Assembly: GCA_027493955.1 (NCBI GenBank)
Contig: JAOSJT010000001.1
Coordinates: 4,056,003-4,120,002, forward strand
Direction of reading: 5' to 3'
Source of the DNA: Bacteroidia bacterium
Lineage (GTDB): Bacteria; Bacteroidota; Ignavibacteria; SZUA-365
DNA: 64,000 bases
Below are positions 37,636-47,853 of the stretch, one piece after another. Each line of letters starts with the position of its first letter. Within the stretch, counting starts at the first letter, position 1. Made by a program: the position numbers and the translations under genes. The notes below the pieces were generated by a model. That model had not been told where the DNA came from. It ran no database searches and saw only the letters and a program-made list of their open reading frames with translations.

Positions 37636-39311
37636 CGCGATTGCAGCACATTTTTTACTCCTGCGCATTTTTCCTTCTGGCATTCGTAGCGGGTGTGACC
37701 GCACAGGAACGCCCCGTGCCGCAGACCTCGCCGCTCGTACCACGTCAATGGATTCTCACTCTACAGGGCAGCGCGACAAAGGGATTCGATGATTTTCCCG
37801 ACACACGGTTTTCCGGCGGCGGGGCATTTTTGCTCAAGCGCCATCTCCTCGATATCAGCGGCGGAAGAAGGGGATTGCTCTATGCGCAGGCGGGACTGGG
37901 TTTTTATGATATGCAGTTCAAGACGAGCGCGGATATGTATCGGGTGTTCGACACCTCCCGTCTGGAAATGCACGAAACGAACCGCAGTTTTATCATGCCC
38001 CTGTCCTTCTCGGCACACTGGCGCGGCACCATCGGGCCGCGCAGCCAGGTATTTCTCGGCGCGGGGCTCGAGGCGCTGTATTTTTCTCCGATGAATCCCA
38101 ACGGCGACGCACTAGAGCGGCCGCAGGAGAAATATGGTAAATGGACGCTGGGCATTCCGCTGAGCGTCGAACTCGAGTATTTACTCTCCGACGACCTCGC
38201 GCTGAATCTGCACGGCACGATGCATCAGAGCTTCACCGATTACCTGGATGGTTTTTCGCAGGGTGGATGGAGCGATGCGTTATTGGTTTTCGGCATCGGG
38301 GTCAGCTACTCCTTTCCGCCGGCGGACAGAGACCGCGACTATGATGGCTTGCTGGACCGCGACGAGATCCATGTGTACCGCACGAATCCCGACAATTCCG
38401 ACACTGACGGTGACGGACTGAACGACGGTGAGGAGGTTGTGCTCGGTACTTCACCGTTACGTGCGGATACCGATGGAGACGGATTGAACGACGGCGACGA
38501 GGTGCGGGTGTACGGCACCGAGCCGCTTCGCAAGGATTCCGACGGTGACGGACTCACTGACATGGAGGAAATTCGCCTCGGCAGTTCGCCGACCAGAGCG
38601 GACACGGACAACGATGGTCTTCCGGATGCTGTTGAACTGGCGCGGGGTACCGATCCGCTGAGCCGGGACACCGACGGCGACGGTTTGCCCGATGGTCTCG
38701 AAGTCGTTTCGAGCCCCTTGCTTCGCGACACAGACAGCGACGGTCTGGACGACGCGCTCGAGAGCGCCCATAGTCTGCGACCGCACGACAGCGATTTCGA
38801 TGCCGACGGTATTCCCGATTTCCTGGAAATTCAGATTGGCACAGACCCGAAGAAACCCGACACAGACAACGACGGCGCAACCGATTATGCCGAGTATTAC
38901 GGGTTGATGACCGACCCACGCACTCCCGATACGGACGGGGACGGCATTCTCGACGGCTACGATCCATCACCGCTCGGCAGTTCCGGCGTCAATCCAGTTC
39001 AGCGTGTATACTGGACGTTGTCGGAAGTTTTTCTGCCCGGTCAGACGGTGGATGAAACATCCAAGTCTTTCCTTCTGCTGTTACATTTGATCCGCAGTGC
39101 TCCCCGCCAGCAGGTATCCGAACTGGAAATCGAAGTTCTGGGTCGCGACATGACCGAGGCACGGGAACGGCTCGATCAGCTCCGCACCTTCCTCAGGCGC
39201 CTGACCAATGGTTGGGACATACCGAGTATGACTTTTATAGAGGATGTCGAATCGCGCGGGCTGCTCGATGTGCGCATTCGTTATATCTGGAATCGAAGTC
39301 TCGGCAAATAG
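37632..39311 (+). CDS. Outer-membrane protein with thrombospondin type-3 (Ca-binding) repeats and an OmpA-like C-terminal region
   Basis: ATG 37632 overlaps the preceding stop (ATGA). It has a signal peptide, an N-terminal beta-barrel-like part, and about 9 DxDxDGxxDxxE repeats ([12 protein letters not shown] etc.). Confidence 0.8.
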   Translation: MTRLQHIFYSCAFFLLAFVAGVTAQERPVPQTSPLVPRQWILTLQGSATKGFDDFPDTRFSGGGAFLLKRHLLDISGGRRGLLYAQAGLGFYDMQFKTSADMYRVFDTSRLEMHETNRSFIMPLSFSAHWRGTIGPRSQVFLGAGLEALYFSPMNPNGDALERPQEKYGKWTLGIPLSVELEYLLSDDLALNLHGTMHQSFTDYLDGFSQGGWSDALLVFGIGVSYSFPPADRDRDYDGLLDRDEIHVYRTNPDNSDTDGDGLNDGEEVVLGTSPLRADTDGDGLNDGDEVRVYGTEPLRKDSDGDGLTDMEEIRLGSSPTRADTDNDGLPDAVELARGTDPLSRDTDGDGLPDGLEVVSSPLLRDTDSDGLDDALESAHSLRPHDSDFDADGIPDFLEIQIGTDPKKPDTDNDGATDYAEYYGLMTDPRTPDTDGDGILDGYDPSPLGSSGVNPVQRVYWTLSEVFLPGQTVDETSKSFLLLLHLIRSAPRQQVSELEIEVLGRDMTEARERLDQLRTFLRRLTNGWDIPSMTFIEDVESRGLLDVRIRYIWNRSLGK

Positions 39312-39441
39312 CCGCGGGTGCGCGGAGGAAGTCCGCCTTGTTTCTCCGGATGGAGTGCCGATCCTGGTATGATCCCGGACATGCGAGCGCCGTTTCGGTG
39401 GCTGAGCTCCCTTTAGCCGAAGTTGAGCATCCCTTTCCAGA

Positions 39442-39848
39442 ATTGTGGGAGCTTCATGAAACGCCCACTTTTGCGGCGGATGTGGGAGGTTCATGAAACG
39501 CCCACTTTTACGTCGGATGTGGGAGGTTCATGGATCGCCCAGTTTTGCGTCGGATGTGGGAGGTTCATGAAACGCCCAGTTTTGTGTCGGATGTGGGAGG
39601 TTCATGAAACGCCCACTTTTACGTCGGATGTGGGAGGTTTATGGATCGCCCAGTTTTGCGTCGGATGTGGGAGGTTCATGAAACGCCCAGTTTTGTGTCG
39701 AATGTGGGAGGTTCATGAAACGCCCACTTTTACGTCGAATGTGGGAGGTTCATGGATCGCCCAGTTTTGCGTCGAATGTGGGAGGTTCATGGATCGCCCA
39801 GTTTTGCGTCGGATATGGGAGGTTCATGGATCGCCCAGTTCGCCGGCG
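39442..39848. repeat. Tandem array of a 37-bp repeat (11 units, three sequence variants)
   Basis: Unit starts are at 39442, 39479, 39516 ... 39812 (period exactly 37). The consensus is GATGTGGGAGGTTCATGAAACGCCCACTTTTACGTCG, with a GTGGG...CCCAC stem. Variant order is a a b c a b c a b b b. There are no spacers. Confidence 0.9.
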
Positions 39849-40020
39849 ATATTCTGCTGCTCGTGATGCAGCGATGCGAGTGATGAAAATTCCATGCTCT
39901 CTCTGAGGATATTTTCATATGAGTGAGGTTGCTGCGATCGTGAAGTCGGAGAACCATAGTCCCGGATGTGATGCAGGAATGGATCAGAGCATGGCAAGTG
40001 CGGGCACACGCAGCATGAAA

Positions 40021-40054
40021 ACACACAGGCCCCGCAGCAGCGGGGCCTGTGTGT
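40021..40054. terminator. Bidirectional terminator-like hairpin between convergent genes
   Basis: Perfect 15-bp stem ACACACAGGCCCCGC-AGCA-GCGGGGCCTGTGTGT. It is flanked by TTTC on the minus-strand side and TTGTGT on the plus-strand side, 86 bp past the stop of the 40140..41834 gene. Confidence 0.7.
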
Positions 40055-40139
40055 TTGTGTATCCGCGTGGATGACTGCGGATTCCTGTGCCGCGACGGTA
40101 TGGTACACGCGGACGCGTGCGCGACGCTATCCCTCGCGG

Positions 40140-41834
40140 CTATTTGTTCAGCGCCATGCGCATGGTCTTTGTGAAGCTGAGACCGCTTTCGAGACCGGTC
40201 ATGACCACGGTTGCTACGTAACTGCCGCTCGGGAGCCCGGCGGCATCGAAAAGCACCTGATGCACACCGCTCTCCATCGTACCGTTCACGAGGGTTGCCA
40301 CTTCACGGCCGAGCATATCGTTGACCGTCAATGTGACAGTGCTTCTTTCGGGTACGCTGAACCGTATCGTGGTGGAAGGATTGAATGGATTCGGATAGTT
40401 CTGATCCATATCAAACGTCGCAGCGGAGAACGCATTGCGTTTGTCCATGTCCTCGCCATGGTCACGCAGCCAATTCAGCTTGATTGCAATGTAATCGAAG
40501 TTGTTGACCACGCCGTTGCCGTCGGCATCCATGTAGCAACCTTCGGGCGTGAACCAGGGAATGGACGCTTGCGGCTCCCAGGCGAGATAGGCCAGCGGGT
40601 TGCTTTCAGCGCCAAATATGAAGCGGGCGGGGCCGTTCAGCCAGTTCGACCGAAGATTTGCGTCGTAGATGTATCTATTCAGCGACGCACGGTCGCCGTA
40701 GTTCACGATGCCGTCGTTGTTCACATCGCCGGGCCAGACTTCACAGAGCTGCGTGCCGGCTTTGATAAAGAGCGAGGAGACTTTCGTGCGGACATCCTCA
40801 TAGAAGAGGCAATTGTTGTACACCGAGAACACTGCCTCCACGATATAGTACGCCGGCGGCAGATTCACATTCACGATATGGAAGCCGTTCAGTGCACCGA
40901 CCGGCTTTTGCGCCACAAAGGATTCAGTGTACGCGGGGGTGGAGGACGGATCGCCGACACGGTAGAAGTTCAGCGTGATCGGTACGCTGTACGCCTCGTT
41001 CAGAGGATAGGATACGGAGTAATTCACCCGGATCGGACCCGGGGTCTCGTAGTATCCCTGAAACATCCCGGAAGCGTCGCTGAGCGTCATGGTAACGACT
41101 CCGGCGGGGACGAAGCAACCGAAGCGATACGTCAGGCCCTGCGGAGGGCCGAAGGTGGCATTGAAATTCGAGAACGCGGTTGTGGAGGTGGTGTTGGCCG
41201 TCGAGGTCGCCCAGGTGTTCGTGGTCTGTAGCGCAACACGACGCTGGAAATCCGCGGTAGTTGAGGCCACTCCCGCATACACGGTACGGGCAGCGTTATC
41301 CGTGCACGCACCATAGACAAATTCGATCATTCCGGATGTTTCGTACATCTTCACCTGATAATTGTAGGTGTTCGGGGTGGGGAAGCTGTTGGTCCAGTAC
41401 GACATGCCATTGAACTGAATGGTGAGCACACGGTTGGGCGCCGTACCGCTGACTTCCCAGCGAATGGGATTCGCCGGATCGGAACGAGAGTCCGTATTGA
41501 AGGGTGACAGCACACCGGCCCGACCCGTGAAATTCACATTCATGACATTGCTGATACTCGTTGTTCCGGCCCCGAGCGTCACATAGCCGTTCGTCCCGAC
41601 GAAGCAGGAAGTATAGGTGTTGCCGTTGAAAGGGAATGGAAAGCCGAAGTTCACCGTCCAGTACCCGTCGTCGAGGCTGCCGACCAGACCCGTGGTCAGG
41701 ACATTGGCATTGCCGATGGGTGTGTAGGTACCGATGAACTGTGTAAATGGCAAGCCCGAGACCTGCGCGTTGGAAACGCCTGTTGATGCCATCAGCAGCA
41801 ACGCGGCTGCGAAAATGGCGAATCTATTCTTCAT
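40140..41834 (-). CDS. Secreted protein with dockerin-like repeats and a T9SS (Por) C-terminal sorting domain
   Basis: Start at ATG 41834 (MKNRFAIFAAALLLMASTGVSNAQ). It has GDVNNDGIVNYGD / DADGNGVVNNFD repeats. The C-terminus QNYPNPFNPSTTIRFSVPERSTVTLTVNDMLGREV...SGSYV is the T9SS CTD signature. Confidence 0.85.
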   Translation of the reverse strand: MKNRFAIFAAALLLMASTGVSNAQVSGLPFTQFIGTYTPIGNANVLTTGLVGSLDDGYWTVNFGFPFPFNGNTYTSCFVGTNGYVTLGAGTTSISNVMNVNFTGRAGVLSPFNTDSRSDPANPIRWEVSGTAPNRVLTIQFNGMSYWTNSFPTPNTYNYQVKMYETSGMIEFVYGACTDNAARTVYAGVASTTADFQRRVALQTTNTWATSTANTTSTTAFSNFNATFGPPQGLTYRFGCFVPAGVVTMTLSDASGMFQGYYETPGPIRVNYSVSYPLNEAYSVPITLNFYRVGDPSSTPAYTESFVAQKPVGALNGFHIVNVNLPPAYYIVEAVFSVYNNCLFYEDVRTKVSSLFIKAGTQLCEVWPGDVNNDGIVNYGDRASLNRYIYDANLRSNWLNGPARFIFGAESNPLAYLAWEPQASIPWFTPEGCYMDADGNGVVNNFDYIAIKLNWLRDHGEDMDKRNAFSAATFDMDQNYPNPFNPSTTIRFSVPERSTVTLTVNDMLGREVATLVNGTMESGVHQVLFDAAGLPSGSYVATVVMTGLESGLSFTKTMRMALNK

Positions 41835-42412
41835 GATATCCTCCGTGAAAGAGAGATTGAAGCGCACCTGTGCGTGCAGCTTTAAGTTTGAAAATATGTT
41901 ACAACAAGAAATTGCATCTGCAATATATTGTGAAAAACTTTCACAAAGCATTGAAAAGTTCTGAAAACGGCTCGTAAAGAGCATAAACCTTCAAATTTGA
42001 ATCATATTCGCAGGGTAAAAATTTGTCCCCCTTCTGTTTTCCGATCCCTGCGTCTGTGTGCCCTGGCATCACAGTGCCGAATTGCCCAGATGCATCGGGA
42101 CATTGGTGCGCAATCGCGACCAGCGCGGAGTACGACTGTCCTGACAGTTCGCGCGCTTCCCTTGTGCATCGGGGTGATGTCCATTTCGTATTGATCTTCC
42201 CGATTCTTGCGATCCGAGGCCTCTACAGGTTCATGCCGTCGATTGCGCGATCCCTGCAGCCCATCTATGGGTGATACATGCGCGGTATACGCGCTTTCAC
42301 CTTGTTTCTCTCTGCCTGAAGTGATAAGTTTTCTGATTACGGCACGCGCGTTTTCCATTCCGCGGAGCATCCGCTGGTCCAAGAAACGCCATAACCTTTT
42401 ATGTGAACCTGT

Positions 42413-44248
42413 ATGTGTGGAATAGTTGGATATATCGGTTTCAGGGAAGCGACACCCATCATCCTTGACGGGCTCAGGCGACTTGAATACCGGGGATACG
42501 ATTCGGCGGGACTGGCCATTTTATCGGACAACGGCATCCGTATCCAAAAGAAGGCCGGGAAAGTGGCCGATCTCGAGAATCTTATCGAGCTCCACCCCAT
42601 GAATGCCACTATCGGCATCGGTCACACGCGCTGGGCGACCCATGGCGAGCCCAACGACGTCAACGCACATCCGCATGCCGATCATTCCGGCGGCATCGTG
42701 CTCGTACACAACGGCATCATCGAAAACCATCTGGCTATTCGGCGCCGGCTCAATCGCGACGGCATAACGTTTACCACCGACACGGACACCGAAGCGCTGG
42801 TACAGCTCATTTCCACGTTTTTCGATATTACGAACAACCTCGAGCAAGCCGTTCGGCTCGCCCTTCATGAAATAGACGGTACCTTCGGCATTGTCGTCAT
42901 GTCCAACAGAGAACCGGAAAAGCTGATCGCCGCCCGTCGCGGTAGTCCGCTGGTGCTCGGCATCAACGACAACGAATATTTCATCGCATCGGATGCCTCG
43001 GCCATCGTGGGCCATACACGGCAGGTGATCTTCCTCGAAGACGACGACATCGCAACGATCTCCCGGGATGGCTATGAAGTAAAAACGCTGGGAGATGAAA
43101 TTATCGAGCACGAAATCGAGCTCATCACCTACGACATCGAGCAGATAGAAAAAGGTGGTTTTGACCATTTCATGCTCAAGGAAATCAATGAGCAGCCGCA
43201 GACGATACAGGATTCCATGCGCGGACGGCTCATGACGGATAAGGGCACCGCGAAGCTCGGGGGTCTGCGTGACGTGCTGCCCGTGCTCAACAATGCCCGC
43301 CGTATTATCATCACCGCCTGCGGAACCTCCTGGCATGCGGCGCTTGTCGGCGAATACATGCTCGAGCATTACGCCCGCATCCCCGTCGAAGTCGAATACG
43401 CCTCCGAATTCCGTTACCGCGATCCCATCATTCATGAGGATGATGTCGTGATCGCCATCAGCCAGAGCGGCGAAACAGCGGACACGCTCGCCGCGTTGCG
43501 TGAGGCGAAAAAACGCGGCGCCACGGTGCTCGGAATATGTAATGTCGTAGGAAGCACGATAGCGCGCGAAACACATGCAGGGGTATTCGTCCATGCCGGA
43601 CCGGAAATAGGTGTGGCCTCCACCAAGGCCTTCACCGCCCAGCTGGTCGCGCTGTCGCTCATCACGCTGATGCTCGGCCGCAACCGCGGATTCATCTCGC
43701 TCGACGAGGGGCAAACCTTCGCGCGCGAGCTTATGGCCATACCGGAAAAGGTGCGCGAGATTCTGGAGAACGTCGATCCGATACGCAAACTCGCCGAACA
43801 GTATTTCACCGCCACCAATGCACTGTATCTCGGTCGGGGCTACAATTTCCCCACCGCTCTCGAAGGTGCCCTAAAACTGAAGGAAATTTCGTACATCCAT
43901 GCGGAGGGCTATCCCGCGGCGGAGATGAAGCACGGACCGATCGCACTTATTGATGAAAACATGCCCGTGGTGTTTCTCGCGCCACAGGACAGAATTCACG
44001 AAAAAGTGATCAGCAATATCCAGGAAGTAAAAGCCCGCAAGGGACAGGTGATCGCCATCGTCAATCATGAAGACGAAGCCATCACCGAACTGGCCGATCA
44101 TGTGATCTGCATTCCGCGAACTGTTGATTTTCTCTCGCCACTGCTGACGGTCATCCCGCTGCAGCTCCTGGCCTACTATATCGCCGTTCTGCGCGGCTGC
44201 AATGTCGATCAGCCGCGAAATCTGGCAAAGAGCGTTACCGTGGAGTAG
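42413..44248 (+). CDS. glmS: Glutamine--fructose-6-phosphate aminotransferase (isomerizing)
   Basis: 611 aa with the MCGIVGYIG N-terminal nucleophile, two SIS domains, and the C-terminal ...NLAKSVTVE. Confidence 0.97.
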   Translation: MCGIVGYIGFREATPIILDGLRRLEYRGYDSAGLAILSDNGIRIQKKAGKVADLENLIELHPMNATIGIGHTRWATHGEPNDVNAHPHADHSGGIVLVHNGIIENHLAIRRRLNRDGITFTTDTDTEALVQLISTFFDITNNLEQAVRLALHEIDGTFGIVVMSNREPEKLIAARRGSPLVLGINDNEYFIASDASAIVGHTRQVIFLEDDDIATISRDGYEVKTLGDEIIEHEIELITYDIEQIEKGGFDHFMLKEINEQPQTIQDSMRGRLMTDKGTAKLGGLRDVLPVLNNARRIIITACGTSWHAALVGEYMLEHYARIPVEVEYASEFRYRDPIIHEDDVVIAISQSGETADTLAALREAKKRGATVLGICNVVGSTIARETHAGVFVHAGPEIGVASTKAFTAQLVALSLITLMLGRNRGFISLDEGQTFARELMAIPEKVREILENVDPIRKLAEQYFTATNALYLGRGYNFPTALEGALKLKEISYIHAEGYPAAEMKHGPIALIDENMPVVFLAPQDRIHEKVISNIQEVKARKGQVIAIVNHEDEAITELADHVICIPRTVDFLSPLLTVIPLQLLAYYIAVLRGCNVDQPRNLAKSVTVE

Positions 44249-44280
44249 TTGTTCGTAGTATTATCGAGATTCCGGATTCC

Positions 44281-45303
44281 ATGCGTATGACCAGTACCCT
44301 GCCAGATACAACGACGCTCAGCGATGCCGAGCTCGCCCGTGACATCCTGCGGCTGAAAGAGGAGATGAACGCGGTCATCCTGGCGCATTACTATCAGGAC
44401 GAAGCCATACAGGACATTGCTGACGTCCGAGGTGACAGTTTCGAGCTCTCCCGCCGTGCCGCACAAACCGACGCCGACGTGATCGTGTTTGCCGGCGTGC
44501 ATTTCATGGCTGAAACCGCCGCGATACTGAATCCGACGAAGCTCGTGCTCATGCCGGACCTCAACGCCGGTTGCTCCCTCGCGGAGAGCGCCCCGGCGCA
44601 TCTCTTCAGAATGTACCGACAGCAGCATCCGCAGCATCTGGCGGTGACGTATATCAATTGCTCGGCGGAAGTGAAAGCGCTGAGTGACATCATCTGCACG
44701 TCGAGCAGCGCCGAGACCATACTCGCCAAAATCCCCGCGGATGTCCCCATCCTTTTTTCGCCCGATAAAAATCTTGGCGGTTATGTGCGCGCGAAGACCG
44801 GACGCGAGATGCTGCTCTGGCAGGGGGTGTGCACTGTCCATGAGGCCTTCAGCGAAGCGCATATTTCGGTGCTCATCGAGGAACATCCCGACGCCGAGCT
44901 CATCGCGCATCCCGAATGCGAGGCAGCGGTGTTGCGCCATGCGGGATTCATCGGCTCCACCAGCGCACTCCTTCGTTACGTGCAGGAAGGGCCGGTCCGC
45001 AGCTATATCGTCGCCACCGAAGCAGGAATTCTGCATCAGATGCGCAAAGCCGCACCGGAAAATGAGTATATTCCGGCACCGCCGGAAAACGGCTGTCTGT
45101 GCAACGTGTGCGATTACATGAAGGTGCATACGCTGCGGAAGCTTCATCAGTGTATGCTGCGCCGTTCTCCTGCGGTGCGTGTGGCGGAAGATATCCGGTC
45201 GCGTGCATTGCGGCCGATACAACGCATGATCGAACTCCACGATGCCGATGCAAGCCGCGCAGCCGCGATACTCGCGGAGATCGAACTGCCATTTCAGGGC
45301 TGA
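44281..45303 (+). CDS. nadA: Quinolinate synthase
   Basis: 340 aa with ILAHYYQ, VHFMAETA and CxxC-type cluster ligand contexts typical of NadA. Confidence 0.9.
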   Translation: MRMTSTLPDTTTLSDAELARDILRLKEEMNAVILAHYYQDEAIQDIADVRGDSFELSRRAAQTDADVIVFAGVHFMAETAAILNPTKLVLMPDLNAGCSLAESAPAHLFRMYRQQHPQHLAVTYINCSAEVKALSDIICTSSSAETILAKIPADVPILFSPDKNLGGYVRAKTGREMLLWQGVCTVHEAFSEAHISVLIEEHPDAELIAHPECEAAVLRHAGFIGSTSALLRYVQEGPVRSYIVATEAGILHQMRKAAPENEYIPAPPENGCLCNVCDYMKVHTLRKLHQCMLRRSPAVRVAEDIRSRALRPIQRMIELHDADASRAAAILAEIELPFQG

Positions 45304-45373
45304 ACGGTAGCGCAGCCGAGCAGGCAACGTACCTGACTATTTGATTCCATTTCCATTCTATCAAGAGGTTGTT

Positions 45374-47788
45374 ATGAAGAAACTGCTCCAGATCCTGCTG
45401 CTTACCGCGGTCCTGGCCGGCAGCGCCAGTGCTCAGCAGCTCGTGGATCTGTTCCATTATCAGGCGGAACAGAACTTTACCCTGCTCGGACTTCCCGCAG
45501 GCGCCATGGCCATCACGCGCTTCGAGGTTGAGGACGCGGCGGCTCTGCATGAAATCAACGTGTGGTTCTACAATCAGGAACAGGCCGGCGACAGTGTCAT
45601 CGTGTACCTGTTCGGCAAGGAAGGCGGCGGTGCGTTTCCACTGCTCCTGAGTCCGCTGGCCACAATACGCGCCTTCGTGCCGGGACAGTTCAACAACCTC
45701 GTGCGCTTCACCTTCGATCAGCAGAAGCCCACGTTTACACGACCCACAAATTTCTTCGTCGGTGTGAGAATATTCGGCACCAACGTCAAGGTCCGCATGG
45801 ACAACATTACGCAGACCCCGACCTGTGCGACCAGTGCCGGCGATACACTGTACACCAGCTCCTACTGGCAGGATCTTCAACCGCCGTACATTCCCTTCAA
45901 CGGCCGGCTTGCGAACGGCATGGCCACGAACAACTGGTATGTGGGCGTGAAGGTGGAGTATAATCCCGTGAGTCAGACGGGCTTTACGGAATCGACGCTG
46001 CTCGCAGGTCTCACCATGCCGCCCAGCGGCCGCCGCATGTCGTGGGCGGATTTCGACGGCGACGGGTATCAGGATTTGCTCTATGGAAAGCATCTGCTCC
46101 GCAATAACGGCAGCGGGCGTTTCGTCGACATATCCAGCCAGGTCGGCTACGATGGCGGAAGCATTATCAACATGTTTGCCGATATCGACAATGACGGTGA
46201 TCTCGACATCGTGTGTTCTCCCGAGACCTGGATTTACGTCAACAACGGCGGGCAGTTCACCAAAGACACCGAACCGGGCTTTAGTCCTGGCCGCAATTCC
46301 ACCGCCATGGCCATCGCCGATTACGACAACGACAATTATCTCGATATGTTCGTTGCCAACGGCGAATACATGTACATGAAGAATCCCGCCAACAATCGTG
46401 ATTCAGCGCTTGTACGCGGCGCGGCCTGGGAAGCGTTTCTCTACGGAAACTCCAACAACGGCAAATTCCGTGATGTCAAAGGCATGATACTCGGCGGGTA
46501 CCGGAGCGGTGCCTTCGGACGCAATCCCTACGACAATCAGCAGACGGTACAGGGCTACCGGCCGATCACCGGCGCCATGTGGGTGGATATTGATCTCGAT
46601 GGCGACATGGATCTTTACGCTTCGGTGGACCGTCTGCAACCGAACTACATGTGGGAAAACCAGGGCAACGGATTTTTCCGCGATGTAGCCATGCAGCACG
46701 GCCTGCAGGGTGTGGTCAAGACCGATCCCGATTATATCGGCCTGTTCGGCAACACCAAGGGATGCGACTTCATTGATTACGACAATGACGGGGATCCGGA
46801 TCTCTTCACCGGCGAGGCAGCCGAGCAATGGCGCCTCCTTGCGGGTGATCTGACTTCCGTGTGGTCCAACAGCGGGAAGCCCAACAGCCAGTTCAGCCAG
46901 GTGGCCAACACGACCAGCAAGATCGAATTCCAGATGCAGTGGGGCGATGTGGCCTGGGGCGATTTCGATAATGATGGTATCCCCGATGTTTTCATCACCT
47001 CCGGTGAAAACTGCTACAATGCCACACTTCTTCATCAGCAGCCGGATCAGAGCTTCGCGAACCTGACGTATCAGATGGGTATCAATGCGGAGAACAGTCT
47101 CGGCGCGGTGTGGGTGGATTACGACAACGACGGTGATCTGGATCTCTGCGTGGCCGCGGAAACCGGTATCAAATTGTATCGCAACGACATGCCGAAGCAG
47201 TTCAACTGGATTGCATTCAACCTGCGTACACGCACATCCAATGTGTATGGTGTCGGATCGCGCATCGAGGTTGTCGCGGGTGGGAAGAAATACACGCGCT
47301 GGATCACCATCGGCAAGGGTGCCGGATCACAGGCGCCGTTCGTGCAGCATGTCGGCATCGGCGCGGCGACAGCCGTGGATTCGGCGGTATTCGTGCTGCC
47401 CAATGGCGAGCGTTTCTCCCTCATCAATCCGGAAATCAACAAGCTGCACAACATTCTCGAGCCGGAGCCTGTGGATGTTGACGAGCTTGCGACAGCGCAG
47501 GCCATCGCGTTGCAGCAGAACTATCCCAATCCGTTCTCGCGTTCGGCGAACAGCACGACACGCATAAGCTACGACATGGCATCGCCGGGCAATGTCACAC
47601 TGCACGTGTACGACTCCCGCGGAGCCATTGTCCGGACGCTGGTGAGCGGGTACAATACCGCCGGAACGCATTCCGTGAACTGGGATGGCACCGCCGAATC
47701 CGGTCTGACCGTGGCCACCGGTACATACACCTGCGTGCTCACTGTCAACGGTACTACCGCCACACGGCAGATGGTGGTGGTGAAGTAA
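45374..47788 (+). CDS. FG-GAP/VCBS repeat protein with an ASPIC/UnbV domain and a T9SS C-terminal sorting domain
   Basis: Start at ATG 45374 (MKKLLQILLLTAVLAGSASAQ). Repeats are DFDGDGYQD, DIDNDGDLD, DYDNDNYLD, DIDLDGDMD, DYDNDGDPD, DFDNDGIPD and DYDNDGDLD. It also has UnbV-like GVGSRIEVVAGGKKY and the CTD QNYPNPFSRSANSTTRISY... Confidence 0.85.
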   Translation: MKKLLQILLLTAVLAGSASAQQLVDLFHYQAEQNFTLLGLPAGAMAITRFEVEDAAALHEINVWFYNQEQAGDSVIVYLFGKEGGGAFPLLLSPLATIRAFVPGQFNNLVRFTFDQQKPTFTRPTNFFVGVRIFGTNVKVRMDNITQTPTCATSAGDTLYTSSYWQDLQPPYIPFNGRLANGMATNNWYVGVKVEYNPVSQTGFTESTLLAGLTMPPSGRRMSWADFDGDGYQDLLYGKHLLRNNGSGRFVDISSQVGYDGGSIINMFADIDNDGDLDIVCSPETWIYVNNGGQFTKDTEPGFSPGRNSTAMAIADYDNDNYLDMFVANGEYMYMKNPANNRDSALVRGAAWEAFLYGNSNNGKFRDVKGMILGGYRSGAFGRNPYDNQQTVQGYRPITGAMWVDIDLDGDMDLYASVDRLQPNYMWENQGNGFFRDVAMQHGLQGVVKTDPDYIGLFGNTKGCDFIDYDNDGDPDLFTGEAAEQWRLLAGDLTSVWSNSGKPNSQFSQVANTTSKIEFQMQWGDVAWGDFDNDGIPDVFITSGENCYNATLLHQQPDQSFANLTYQMGINAENSLGAVWVDYDNDGDLDLCVAAETGIKLYRNDMPKQFNWIAFNLRTRTSNVYGVGSRIEVVAGGKKYTRWITIGKGAGSQAPFVQHVGIGAATAVDSAVFVLPNGERFSLINPEINKLHNILEPEPVDVDELATAQAIALQQNYPNPFSRSANSTTRISYDMASPGNVTLHVYDSRGAIVRTLVSGYNTAGTHSVNWDGTAESGLTVATGTYTCVLTVNGTTATRQMVVVK

Positions 47789-47818
47789 CGTTTCCCGAAG
47801 ACAAAAAAAATTGATACT

Positions 47819-47850
47819 ATGCGGAGTCCTTCGGGACTCCGCATTTTTTT
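47819..47850 (+). terminator. Rho-independent terminator
   Basis: ATGCGGAGTCC-TTCG-GGACTCCGCAT followed by a run of T. It ends 3 nt before the next annotated ATG. Confidence 0.85.
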
Positions 47851-47853
47851 ATC

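Noticed and set aside
41990-42412. glmS ribozyme in the ~580-bp region upstream of glmS
   Set aside because: I could not find the conserved core elements (e.g. AGCGCC...GACGAGG) on the plus strand. Only an Rfam scan could exclude a divergent form.
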